Shown: positions 22,201-35,500 of the stretch, in pieces
Layout of the letters: each line of letters begins with the position of its first letter
Numbering within the stretch: the first letter of the stretch is position 1
Assembly (NCBI GenBank): GCA_964016885.1
Contig: CAXHJY010000096.1
Span: forward strand, 1,922,001 to 1,986,000
DNA length: 64,000 bases
Reading direction: 5' to 3'
DNA from: Eledone cirrhosa
Lineage: Eukaryota
Position numbers and translations under genes: made by a program
The notes under the pieces: model-generated
Told to the model about the DNA's origin: nothing
Databases searched by the model: none
Seen by the model: only the letters and a program-made list of their open reading frames with translations

Positions 22201-25200
22201 TTAAAAAAAATCAGGCGGAGATAATTTGTAAAAAAAAATCAGGGGGAGATAATTTGTAAAAAAAATCAGGGGGAGATAATTTGTAAAAAAAAATCAGGGG
22301 TAGATAATTTGTAAAAAAAAATCAGGGGGAGATAATTTGTAAAAAAAAATCAGGGGGAGATAATTTGTAAAAAAAATCAAGGGGAGATAATTTCCAGCCG
22401 TCCAAGGAGAGATAATTTAAAAAAAAATCAGGGGGAGATAATTTGTAAAAAAAATCAAGGGGAGATAATTTCCAGCCGTCCAAGGGGAGATAATTTTCAG
22501 CCGTCCAAGGGGAGATAATTTCCCGCCAGCCAAGGGAAGATAATATTCAAAAAAATCAGGCGGAGATAATTTGTAAAAAAAATCAGGGGGAGATAATTTG
22601 TAAAAAAATCAGGGGGAGATAATTTGTAAAAAAAAAAATCAGGGGGAGATAATTTGTAAAAAAAATCAGGGGGAGATAATTTGTAAAAAAAAATCAGGGG
22701 TAGATAATTTGTAAAAAAAAATCAGGGGGAGATAATTTGTAAAAAAAAATCAGGGGGAGATAATTTGTAAAAAAAATGAAAGGGGAGATAATATCCAGCC
22801 GTCCAAGGGGAGATAATTTCCAGCCGTCCAAGGGGAGATAATTTCCAGCCGTCCAAGGGGAGATAATTTCCATCCTTCCAAGGGGATATAATTTCCAGCC
22901 GTCCAAGGGGAGATAATTTCCATCCTTCCAAGGGGATATAATTTCCAGCCGTCCAAGGGGAGATAATTTTCAGCCGTCCAAGGAGAGGTAATTTCTAGCC
23001 GTCCAAGGAGAGATAATTTCCAGCCGTCCAAGGGGAGATAATTTCCAGCCGTCCAAGGGGAGATAATTTCCAGCCGTCCAAGGAGACATATTTTCCAGCC
23101 GTCCAAGGAGAGGTAATTCCTAGCCGTCCAAGGGGAGATAAATTCCAGCCTCCAAGGGGAGATAATTTCCAGCCAGCCAAGGGGAGATAATTTGTAAAAA
23201 AAATCAGGGGGAGAGAATTTGTAAAAAAAATCAGGGGGAGATAATTTGTAAAGAAATCAGGGGGAGATAATTTGTAAAAAAAATCAGGGGGAGATAATTT
23301 GTAAAAAAAATCAGGGGGAGATAATTTGTAAAAAAAAATCAGGGGGAGATAATTTGTAAAAAAAATCAAGGGGAGATAATTTCCAGCCGTCCAAGGGAAG
23401 ATAATTTCCAGCCCTCCAAGGGGCTATAATTTCCAGCGTCCAAGGGGAGATAATTTCCAGCCAGCGAAGGGGAGATAATTTTTTTAAAAAAATCATTGGG
23501 AGATTTGTAAAAAAATCAGGGGGAGATAATTTGTAAAAAAAATCAAGGGGAGATAATTACCAGCCGTCCAAGGGGAGGTAATATCTAGCCGTCCAAGGGG
23601 TGATAATTTCCAGCCGTCCAAGGGGAGATAATTTCCAGCCGTCCAAGGGTAGATAATATCCAGCCGTCCAAGGACATATTTTCCAGCCGTCCAAGGAGAG
23701 GTAATTTCTAGCCGTCCAAGGGGAGATAAATTCCAGCCTCCAAGGTGAGATAATTTCCAGCCAGCCAAGGGGAGATAATTTGTAAAAAAAAATCAGGGGG
23801 AGATAATTTGTAAAAAAAATCAAGGGGAGATAATTTCCAGCCGTCCAAGGGGAGATAATTTTCAGCCGTCCAAGGGGAGATAATTTCCCGCCAGCCAAGG
23901 GAAGATAATATTTAAAAAAATCAGGCGGAGATAATTTGTAAAAAAAATCAGGGGGAGATAATTTGTAAAAAAATCAGGGGGAGATAATTTGTAAAAAAAA
24001 AATCAGGGGGAGATAATTTGTAAAAAAAATCAGGGGGAGATAATTTGTAAAAAAAAATCAGGGGTAGATGAATTGTAAAAAAAAATCAGGGGGAGATAAT
24101 TTGTAAAAAAAATCAGGGGGAGATAATTTGTAAAAAAAATGAAAGGGGAGATAATATCCAGCCGTCCAAGGGGAGATAATTTCCAGCCGTCCAAGGGGAG
24201 ATAATTTCCAGCCGTCCAAGGGGAGATAATTTCCATCCTTCCAAGGGGATATAATTTCCAGCCGTCCAAGGGGAGATAATTTCCCGCCAGCCAAGGGAAG
24301 ATAATATTTAAAAAAATTAGGCGGAGATAATTTGTAAAAAAAATCAGGGGGAGATAATTTGTAAAAAATCAGGGGGAGATAATTTGTAAAAAAAATCAGG
24401 GGGAGATAATTTGTAAAAAAAATCATGGGGAGATAATTTGTAAAAAAAAATCAGGGGTAGATAATTTGTAAAAAAAAATCAGGGGGAGATAATTTGTAAA
24501 AAAAAATCAGGGGGAGATAATTTGTAAAAAAAATCAAGGGGAGATAATTTCCAGCCGTCCAAGGGGAGATAATTTTCAGCCGTCCAAGGAGAGGTAATTT
24601 CTAGCCGTCCAAGGGGAGATAATTTCCAGCCGTCCAAGGGGAGGTAATTTCCAGCCGTCCAAGGGGAGATAATTTTAAAAAAAAAATCAGGCGGAGATAA
24701 TTTGTAAAAAAAATCAAGGGGAGATAATTTGCAGCCGTCCAAGGGGAGATAATTTTCAGTCGTCCAAGGAGAGGTAATTTCTAGCCGTCCAAGGGGAGAT
24801 AATTGCCAGCCGTCCAAGGGGAGATAATTTCCAGCCGTCCAAGGGGAGATAATTTTTTTTAAAAAATCAGGCGGAGATAATTTGTAAAAAAAATCAGGGG
24901 GAGATAATTTGTAAACAAAATCAGGGGGAGATAATTTGTAAAAAAAAATCAGGGGTAGATAATTTGTAAAAAAAAATCAGGGGGAGATAATTTGTAAAAA
25001 AAAATCAGGGGGAGATAATTTGTAAAAAAAATCAAGGGGAGATAATTTCCAGCCGTCCAAGGGGAGATAATTTTCAGCCGTCCAAGGAGAGGTAATTTCT
25101 AGCCGTCCAAGGGGAGATAATTTCCAGCCGTCCAAGGGGAGGTAATTTCCAGCCGTCCAAGGGGAGATAATTTTTAAAAAAAAATCAGGCGGAGATAATT

Positions 25201-26436
25201 TGTAAAAAAAATCAAGGGGAGATAATTTGCAGCCGTCCAAGGGGAGATAATTTTCAGTCGTCCAAGGAGAGGTAATTTCTAGCCGTCCAAGGGGAGATAA
25301 TTGCCAGCCGTCCAAGGGGAGATAATTTCCAGCCGTCCAAGGGGAGATAATTTTTTTTAAAAAATCAGGCGGAGATAATTTGTAAAAAAAATCAGGGGGA
25401 GATAATTTGTAAACAAATTCAGGGGGAGATAATTTGTAAAAAAAAATCAGGGGGAGATAATTTGTAAAAAAAATCATGGAGAGATAATTTCCAGCCGTCC
25501 AAGGGGAGATAATTTCCAGCCTTCCAAGGAGACATATTTTCCAGCCGTCCAAGGCGAGGTAATTTCTAGCCGTCCAAGGGGAGATAAATTCCAGCCTCCA
25601 AGGGGAGATAATTTCCAGCCAGCCAAGTGGAGATAATTTGTAAAAAAATCAGGGGGAGATAATTTGTAAAAAATATCAGGGAGATAATTTGTAAAAAAAA
25701 ATCAGGGGGAGATAATTTGTAAAAAAAATCAGGGGGAGATAATTTGTAAAAAAAAATCAGGGGGAGATAATTTGTAAAAAAAATCAAGGGGAGATAATTT
25801 CCAGCCGTCCAAGGGGAGATAATTTTCAGCCGTCCAAGGGGAGATAATTTCCCGCCAGCCAAGGGAAGATAATATTTAAAAAAATCAGGCGGAGATAATT
25901 TGTAAAAAAAATCAGGGGGAGATAATTTGTAAAAAAATCAGGGGGAGATAATTTGTAAAAAAAAAATCAGGGGGAGATAATTTGTAAAAAAAATCAGGGG
26001 GAGATAATTTGTAAAAAAAAATCAGGGGTAGATAATTTGTAAACAAAAATCAGGGGGAGATAATTTGTAAAAAAAAATCAGGGGGAGATAATTTGTAAAA
26101 AAAATGAAAGGGGAGATAATATCCAGCCGTCCAAGGGGAGATAATTTCCAGCCGTCCAAGGAGACATATTTTCCAGCCGTCCAAGGAGAGGTAATTCCTA
26201 GCCGTCCAAGGGGAGATAAATTCCAGCCTCCAAGGGGAGATAATTTGTAAAAAAAATCAGGGGGAGATAATTTGTAAAAAAAATCAGGGGGAGATAATTT
26301 GTAAAAAAAATCAGGGGGAGATAATTTGTAAAAAAAAATCAGGGGTAGATAATTTGTAAAAAATAATCAGGGGGAGATAATTTGTAAAAAAAATCAAGGG
26401 GAGATAATTTCCAGCCGTCCAAGGGGAGATAATTTT

Positions 26437-29400
26437 CAGCCGTCCAAGGGGAGATAATTTCCCGCCAGCCAAGGGAAGATAATATTTAAAAAAATTAGGC
26501 GGAGATAATTTGTAAAAAAAATCAGGGGTAGATAATTTGTAAAAAAATCAGGGGGAGATAATTTGTAAAAAAAATCAGGGGGAGATAATTTGTAAAAAAA
26601 ATCAGGGGGAGATAATTTGTAAAAAAAAATCAGGGGGAGATAATTTGTAAAAAAAATCAAGGGGAGATAATTTCCAGCCGTCCAAGGGAAGATAATTTCC
26701 AGCCCTCCAAGGGGCTATAATTTCCAGCGTCCAAGGGGAGATAATTTCCAGCCAGCGAAGGGGAGATAATTTTTTTTAAAAAATCATTGGGAGATTTGTA
26801 AAAAAAATCAGGGGGAGATAATTTGTAAAAAAAATCAAGGGGAGATAATTTCCAGCCGTCCAAGGGGAGGTAATATCTAGCCGTCCAAGGGGAGATAATT
26901 TCCAGCCGTCCAAGGGGAGATAATTTCCAGCCGTCCAAGGGTAGATAATATCCAGCCGTCCAAGGACATATTTTCCAGCCGTCCAAGGAGAGGTAATTTC
27001 TAGCCGTCCAAGGGGAGATAAATTCCAGCCTCCAAGGTGAGATAATTTCCAGCCAGCCAAGGGGAGATAATTTGTAAAAAAATCAGGGGGAGATAATTTG
27101 TAAAAAAAATCAGGGGGAGATAATTTGTAAAAAAAAATCAGGGGGAGATAATTTGTAAAAAAAAATCAGGGGGAGATAATTTGTAAAAAAAAATCAGGGG
27201 GAGATAATTTGTAAAAAAATCAAGGGGAGATAATTTCCAGCCGTCCAAGGGGAGATAATTTTCAGCCGTCCAAGGGGAGATAATTTCCCGCCAGCCAAGG
27301 GAAGATAATATTTGAAAAAATCAGGCGGAGATAATTTGTAAAAAAAATCAGGGGGAGATAATTTGTAAAAAAATCAGGGGGAGATAATTTGTAAAAAAAA
27401 AATCATGGGGAGATAATTTGTAAAAAAAATCAGGGGGAGATAATTTGTAAAAAAAAATCAGGGGTAGATAAATTGTAAAAAAAAATCAGGGGGAGATAAT
27501 TTGTAAAAAAAATCAGGGGGAGATAATTTGTAAAAAAAATGAAAGGGGAGATAATATCCAGCCGTCCAAGGGGAGATAATTTCCAGCCGTCCAAGGGGAG
27601 ATAATTTCCAGCCGTCCAAGGGGAGATAATTTCCATCCTTCCAAGGGGATATAATTTCCAGCCGTCCAAGGGGAGATAATTTCCCGCCAGCCAAGGGAAG
27701 ATAATTTTTAAAAAAATCAGGCGGAGATTGTAAAAAAAATCAGGGTGGAGATAATTTGTAAAAAAATCAGGGGGAGATAATTTGTAAAAAAAAATCAGGG
27801 GGAGATAATTTGTAAAAAATAATCAGGGGGAGATAATTTGTAAAAAAAAATCAAGGGGAGATAATTTCCAGCCGTCCAAGGGGAGGTAATATCTAGCCGT
27901 CCAAGGGGAGATAATTTCCAGCCGTCCAACGGGAGATAATTTCCAGCCGTCCATGGGTAGATAATATCCAGCCGCCCAAGGACATATTTTCCAGCCGTCC
28001 AAGGAGAGGTAATTTCTAGCCGTCCAAGGGGAGATAATTACAGCCGTCCAAGGGTAGATAATATCCAGCCGTCCAAGGACATATTTTCCAGCCGTCCAAG
28101 GAGAGGTAATTTCTAGCCGTCCAAGGGGAGATAAATTCCAGCCTCCAAGGGGAGATAATTTCCAGCCAGCCAAGGGGAGATAATTTGTAAAAAAATCAGG
28201 GGGAGATAATTTGTAAAAAAAATCAGGGGGAGATAATTTGTAAAAAAAAATCAGGGGGAGATAATTTGTAAAAAAAAATCAGGGGGAGATAATTTGCAAA
28301 AAAAATCAGGGGGAGATAATTTGTAAAAAAAAATCAGGGGTAGATAATTTGTAAAAAAAAATCAGGGGGAGATAATTTGTAAAAAAAAATCAGGGGGAGA
28401 TAATTTGTAAAAAAAATCAAGGGGAGATAATTTCCAGCCGTCCAAGGGAAGATAATTTCCAGCCCTCCAAGGGGCTATAATTTCCAGCGTCCAAGGGGAG
28501 ATAATTTCCAGCCAGCGAAGGGGAGATAATTTTTTTTAAAAAATCATTGGGAGATTTGTAAAAAAAATCAGGGGGAGATAATTTGTAAAAAAAATCAAGG
28601 GGAGATAATTTCCAGCCGTCCAAGGGGAGGTAATATCTAGCCGTCCAAGGGGAGATAATTTCCAGCCGTCCAACGGGAGATAATTTCCAGCCGTCCATGG
28701 GTAGATAATATCCAGCCGCCCAAGGACATATTTTCCAGCCGTCCAAGGAGAGGTAATTTCTAGCCGTCCAAGGGGAGATAATTTCCAGCCGTCCAAGGGT
28801 AGATAATATCCAGCCGTCCAAGGACATATTTTCCAGCCGTCCAAGGAGAGGTAATTTCTAGCCGTCCAAGGGGAGATAAATTCCAGCCTCCAAGGGGAGA
28901 TAATTTCCAGCCAGCCAAGGGGAGATAATTTGTAAAAAAATCAGGGGGAGATAATTTGTAAAAAAAATCAGGGGGAGATAATTTGTAAAAAAAAATCAGG
29001 GGGAGATAATTTGTAAAAAAAATCAGGGGGAGATAATTTGTAAAAAAAAATCAGGGGTAGATAATTTGTAAAAAAAAATCAGGGGGAGATAATTTGTAAA
29101 AAAAAATCAGGGGGAGATAATTTGTAAAAAAAATCAAGGGGAGATAATTTCCAGCCGTCCAAGGAGAGATAATTTTAAAAAAAATCAGGCGGAGATAATT
29201 TGTAAAAAAAAATCAGGGGGAGATAATTTGTAAAAAAAATCAGGGGGAGATAATTTGTAAAAAAAAATCAGGGGTAGATAATTTGTAAAAAAAAATCAGG
29301 GGGAGATAATTTGTAAAAAAAAATCAGGGGGAGATAATTTGTAAAAAAAATCAAGGGGAGATAATTTCCAGCCGTCCAAGGAGAGATAATTTAAAAAAAA

Positions 29401-32400
29401 ATCAGGGGGAGATAATTTGTAAAAAAAATCAAGGGGAGATAATTTCCAGCCGTCCAAGTGGAGATAATTTTCAGCCGTCCAAGGGGAGATAATTTCCCGC
29501 CAGCCAAGGGAAGATAATATTCAAAAAAATCAGGCGGAGATAATTTGTAAAAAAAATCAGGGGGAGATAATTTGTAAAAAAATCAGGGGGAGATAATTTG
29601 TAAAAAAAAAAATCAGGGGGAGATAATTTGTAAAAAAAATCAGGGGGAGATAATTTGTAAAAAAAAATCAGGGGTAGATAATTTGTAAAAAAAAATCAGG
29701 GGGAGATAATTTGTAAAAAAAAATCAGGGGGAGATAATTTGTAAAAAAAATGAAAGGGGAGATAATATCCAGCCGTCCAAGGGGAGATAATTTCCAGCCG
29801 TCCAAGGGGAGATAATTTCCAGCCGTCCAAGGGGAGATAATTTCCATCCTTCCAAGGGGATATAATTTCCAGCCGTCCAAGGGGAGATAATTTCCATCCT
29901 TCCAAGGGGATATAATTTCCAGCCGTCCAAGGGGAGATAATTTTCAGCCGTCCAAGGAGAGGTAATTTCTAGCCGTCCAAGGAGAGATAATTTCCAGCCG
30001 TCCAAGGGGAGATAATTTCCAGCCGTCCAAGGGGAGATAATTTCCAGCCGTCCAAGGAGACATATTTTCCAGCCGTCCAAGGAGAGGTAATTCCTAGCCG
30101 TCCAAGGGGAGATAAATTCCAGCCTCCAAGGGGAGATAATTTCCAGCCAGCCAAGGGGAGATAATTTGTAAAAAAAATCAGGGGGAGATAATTTGTAAAA
30201 AAAATCAGGGGGAGATAATTTGTAAAGAAATCAGGGGGAGATAATTTGTAAAAAAAAATCAGGGGGAGATAATTTGTAAAAAAAATCAGGGGGAGATAAT
30301 TTGTAAAAAAAAATCAGGGGGAGATAATTTGTAAAAAAAATCAAGGGGAGATAATTTCCAGCCGTCCAAGGGAAGATAATTTCCAGCCCTCCAAGGGGCT
30401 ATAATTTCCAGCGTCCAAGGGGAGATAATTTCCAGCCAGCGAAGGGGAGATAATTTTTTTAAAAAAATCATTGGGAGATTTGTAAAAAAATCAGGGGGAG
30501 ATAATTTGTAAAAAAAATCAAGGGGAGATAATTACCAGCCGTCCAAGGGGAGGTAATATCTAGCCGTCCAAGGGGTGATAATTTCCAGCCGTCCAAGGGG
30601 AGATAATTTCCAGCCGTCCAAGGGTAGATAATATCCAGCCGTCCAAGGACATATTTTCCAGCCGTCCAAGGAGAGGTAATTTCTAGCCGTCCAAGGGGAG
30701 ATAAATTCCAGCCTCCAAGGTGAGATAATTTCCAGCCAGCCAAGGGGAGATAATTTGTAAAAAAAAATCAGGGGGAGATAATTTGTAAAAAAAATCAAGG
30801 GGAGATAATTTCCAGCCGTCCAAGGGGAGATAATTTTCAGCCGTCCAAGGGGAGATAATTTCCCGCCAGCCAAGGGAAGATAATATTTAAAAAAATCAGG
30901 CGGAGATAATTTGTAAAAAAAATCAGGGGGAGATAATTTGTAAAAAAATCAGGGGGAGATAATTTGTAAAAAAAAAATCAGGGGGAGATAATTTGTTAAA
31001 AAAATCAGGGGGAGATAATTTGTAAAAAAAAATCAGGGGTAGATGAATTGTAAAAAAAAATCAGGGGGAGATAATTTGTAAAAAAAATCAGGGGGAGATA
31101 ATTTGTAAAAAAAATGAAAGGGGAGATAATATCCAGCCGTCCAAGGGGAGATAATTTCCAGCCGTCCAAGGGGAGATAATTTCCAGCCGTCCAAGGGGAG
31201 ATAATTTCCATCCTTCCAAGGGGATATAATTTCCAGCCGTCCAAGGGGAGATAATTTCCCGCCAGCCAAGATAAGATAATATTTAAAAAAATTAGGCGGA
31301 GATAATTTGTAAAAAAAATCAGGGGGAGATAATTTGTAAAAAATCAGGGGGAGATAATTTGTAAAAAAAATCAGGGGGAGATAATTTGTAAAAAAAATCA
31401 TGGGGAGATAATTTGTAAAAAAAAATCAGGGGTAGATAATTTGTAAAAAAAAATCAGGGGGAGATAATTTGTAAAAAAAAATCAGGGGGAGATAATTTGT
31501 AAAAAAAATCAAGGGGAGATAATTTCCAGCCGTCCAAGGGGAGATAATTTTCAGCCGTCCAAGGAGAGGTAATTTCTAGCCGTCCAAGGGGAGATAATTT
31601 CCAGCCGTCCAAGGGGAGGTAATTTCCAGCCGTCCAAGGGGAGATAATTTTAAAAAAAAAATCAGGCGGAGATAATTTGTAAAAAAAATCAAGGGGAGAT
31701 AATTTGCAGCCGTCCAAGGGGAGATAATTTTCAGTCGTCCAAGGAGAGGTAATTTCTAGCCGTCCAAGGGGAGATAATTGCCAGCCGTCCAAGGGGAGAT
31801 AATTTCCAGCCGTCCAAGGGGAGATAATTTTTTTTAAAAAATCAGGCGGAGATAATTTGTAAAAAAAATCAGGGGGAGATAATTTGTAAACAAAATCAGG
31901 GGGAGATAATTTGTAAAAAAAAATCAGGGGTAGATAATTTGTAAAAAAAAATCAGGGGGAGATAATTTGTAAAAAAAAATCAGGGGGAGATAATTTGTAA
32001 AAAAAATCAAGGGGAGATAATTTCCAGCCGTCCAAGGGGAGATAATTTTCAGCCGTCCAAGGAGAGGTAATTTCTAGCCGTCCAAGGGGAGATAATTTCC
32101 AGCCGTCCAAGGGGAGGTAATTTCCAGCCGTCCAAGGGGAGATAATTTTAAAAAAAAATCAGGCGGAGATAATTTGTAAAAAAAATCAAGGGGAGATAAT
32201 TTGCAGCCGTCCAAGGGGAGATAATTTTCAGTCGTCCAAGGAGAGGTAATTTCTAGCCGTCCAAGGGGAGATAATTGCCAGCCGTCCAAGGGGAGATAAT
32301 TTCCAGCCGTCCAAGGGGAGATAATTTTTTTTAAAAAATCAGGCGGAGATAATTTGTAAAAAAAATCAGGGGGAGATAATTTGTAAACAAAATCAGGGGG

Positions 32401-33130
32401 AGATAATTTGTAAAAAAAAATCAGGGGGAGATAATTTGTAAAAAAAATCATGGAGAGATAATTTCCAGCCGTCCAAGGGGAGATAATTTCCAGCCTTCCA
32501 AGGAGACATATTTTCCAGCCGTCCAAGGCGAGGTAATTTCTAGCCGTCCAAGGGGAGATAAATTCCAGCCTCCAAGGGGAGATAATTTCCAGCCAGCCAA
32601 GTGGAGATAATTTGTAAAAAAATCAGGGGGAGATAATTTGTAAAAAATATCAGGGAGATAATTTGTAAAAAAAAATCAGGGGGAGATAATTTGTAAAAAA
32701 AATCAGGGGGAGATAATTTGTAAAAAAAAATCAGGGGGAGATAATTTGTAAAAAAAATCAAGGGGAGATAATTTCCAGCCGTCCAAGGGGAGATAATTTT
32801 CAGCCGTCCAAGGGGAGATAATTTCCCGCCAGCCAAGGGAAGATAATATTTAAAAAAATCAGGCGGAGATAATTTGTAAAAAAAATCAGGGGGAGATAAT
32901 TTGTAAAAAAATCAGGGGGAGATAATTTGTAAAAAAAAAATCAGGGGGAGATAATTTGTAAAAAAAATCAGGGGGAGATAATTTGTAAAAAAAAATCAGG
33001 GGTAGATAATTTGTAAACAAAAATCAGGGGGAGATAATTTGTAAAAAAAAATCAGGGGGAGATAATTTGTAAAAAAAATGAAAGGGGAGATAATATCCAG
33101 CCGTCCAAGGGGAGATAATTTCCAGCCGTC
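26437..33130 (+). repeat. Third, ~7.0-kb variant of the same higher-order repeat (extra 826-bp block in front; one 28-bp B monomer lost internally)
   Basis: Offsets are 7,002 (20428/27430, 21415/28417), then 6,974 (22694/29668, 25566/32540). The block at ~26,437-27,262 matches ~5,276-6,100 and ~13,283-14,085. Confidence 0.88.
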
Positions 33131-34019
33131 CAAGGGGATATAATTTCCAGCCGTCCAAGGGGAGATAATTTCCATCCTTCCAAGGGGATATAATTTCCAG
33201 CCGTCCAAGGGGAGATAATTTCCCGCCAGCCAAGGGAAGATAATTTTTAAAAAAATCAGGCGGAGATTGTAAAAAAAATCAGGGGGGAGATAATTTGTAA
33301 AAAAATCAGGGGGAGATAATTTGTAAAAAATAATCAGGGGGAGATAATTTGTAAAAAAATTCAAGGGGAGATAATTTCCAGCCGTCCAAGGGGAGATAAT
33401 TTCCCGCCAGCCAAGGGAAGATAATATTTAAAAAAATCAGGCGGAGATTGTAAAAAAAATCAGGGGGGAGATAATTTGTAAAAAAATCAGGGGGAGATAA
33501 TTTGTAAAAAAAATCAGGGGGAGATAATTTGTAAAAAAATCAGGGGGAGATAATTTGTAAAAAAAATCAGGGGGAGATAATTTGTAAAAAAAATCATGGG
33601 GAGATAATTTGTAAAAAGAAATCAGGGGTAGATAATTTGTAAAAAAAAATCAGGGGGAGATAATTTGTAAAAAAAAATCAGGGGGAGATAATTTGTAAAA
33701 AAAATCAAGGGGAGATAATATCCAGCCGTCCAAGGAGAGATAATTTCAAAAAAAAATGAGGCGGAGATAATTTGTAAAAAAAAAATCAGGGGGAGTTAAT
33801 TTGTAAAAAAAAATGAGGGGGAGATAATTTGTAAAAAAAATCAAGGGGAGATAATTTCCAGCCGTCCAAGGGGAGATAATTTTCAGCCGTCCAAGGAGAG
33901 GTAATTTCTAGCCGTCCAAGGGGAGATAATTTCCAGCCGTCCAAGGGGAGGTAATTTCCAGCCGTCCAAGGGGAGATAATTTTAAAAAAAAAATCAGGCG
34001 GAGATAATTTGTAAAAAAA

Positions 34020-35500
34020 ATCAAGGGGAGATAATTTGCAGCCGTCCAAGGGGAGATAATTTTCAGTCGTCCAAGGAGAGGTAATTTCTAGCCGTCCAAG
34101 GGGAGATAATTTCCAGCCGTCCAAGGGGAGATAATTTCCAGCCGTCCAAGGGGAGATAATTTTTTTAAAAAATCAGGCGGAGATAATTTGTAAAAAAAAT
34201 CAGGGGGAGATAATTTGTAAACAAAATCAGGGGGAGATAATTTGTAAAAAAAAATCAGGGGGAGATAATTTGTAAAAAAAATTAGGCGTAGATAATTTGT
34301 AAAAAAAAATCAGGGGGAGATAATTTGTAAAAAAAAATCAGGGGGAGATAATTTGTTTAAAAAATCAAGGGGAGATAATTTGCAGCCGTCCAAGGGGAGA
34401 TAATTTTCAGCCGTCCAAGGAGAGGTAATTTCTAGCCGTTCAAGGGGAGATAATTTCCAGCCGTCCAAGGGGAGATAATTTCCAGCCGTCCAAGGGGAGA
34501 TAATTTTTTTTTAAAAATCAGGCGGAGATAATTTGTAAAAAAAAATCAGGGGGAGATAATTCGTAAAAAAAAATCAGGGGGAGATAATTTGTAAAAAAAA
34601 ATCAGGGGGAGATAATTTGTAAAAAAAATCAAGGGGAGATAATTTCCAGCCGTCCAAGGGGAGGTAATATCTAGCCGTCCAAGGGGAGATAATTTCCAGC
34701 CGTCCAAGGGGAGATAATTTCCAGCCGTCCAAGGGGAGATAATTTCCAGCCGTCCAAGGAGACATATTTTCCAGCCGTCCAAGGCGAGGTAATTTCTAGC
34801 CGTCCAAGGGGAGATAAATTCCAGCCTCCAAGGGGAGATAATTTCCAGCCAGCCAAGGGGAGATAATTTGTAAAAAAATCAGGGGGAGATAATTTGTAAA
34901 AAATATCAGGGAGATAATTTGTAAAAAAAAATCAGGGGGAGATAATTTGTAAAAAAAATCAGGGGGAGATAATTTGTAAAAAAAAATCAGGGGGAGATAA
35001 TTTGTAAAAAAAATCAAGGGGAGATAATTTCCAGCCGTCCAAGGGGAGATAATTTTCAGCCGTCCAAAGAGAGGTAATTTCTAACCGTCCGAGGAGAGAT
35101 AATTTCCAGCCGTCCAAGGGGAGATAATTTCCAGCCGTCCAAGGGGAGATAATTTCCAGCCGTCCAAGGAGACATATTTTCCAGCCGTCCAAGGAGAGGT
35201 AATTTCTAGCCGTCCAAGGGGAGATAAATTCCAGCCTCCAAGGGGAGATAATTTCCAGCCAGCCAAATGGAGATAATTTGTAAAAAAATCAGGTGGAGAT
35301 AATTTGCAAAAAAAATCAGGGGGAGATAATTTGTAAAAAATAATCAGGGGGAGATAATTTCCAGCCGTCCAAGGGGAGATAATTTAAAAAAAAATCAGGC
35401 GGAGATAATTTGTAAAAAAAAATCAGGGGGAGATAATTTGTAAAAAAAAATCAGGGGGAGATAATTTGTAAAAAAAATCAAGGGGAGATAATTTCCAGCC
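34020..35500 (+). repeat. Copy of ~6,870-8,370 (offset 27,150)
   Basis: ORF pairs 7396/34546, 7646/34796 and 7931/35081. Shared rare variants are ttaggcgtag, tttgtttaaa, gccgttcaag and aattcgtaaa. Confidence 0.85.

Larger units (their letters stand above)
14085..26487 (+). repeat. 6,176-bp tandem higher-order repeat, two copies (~14,085-20,260 and ~20,261-26,436)
   Basis: Constant 6,176 offset for ORF pairs 14252/20428, 14645/20821, 16518/22694, 17854/24030, 18801/24977 and 19390/25566. Confidence 0.95.
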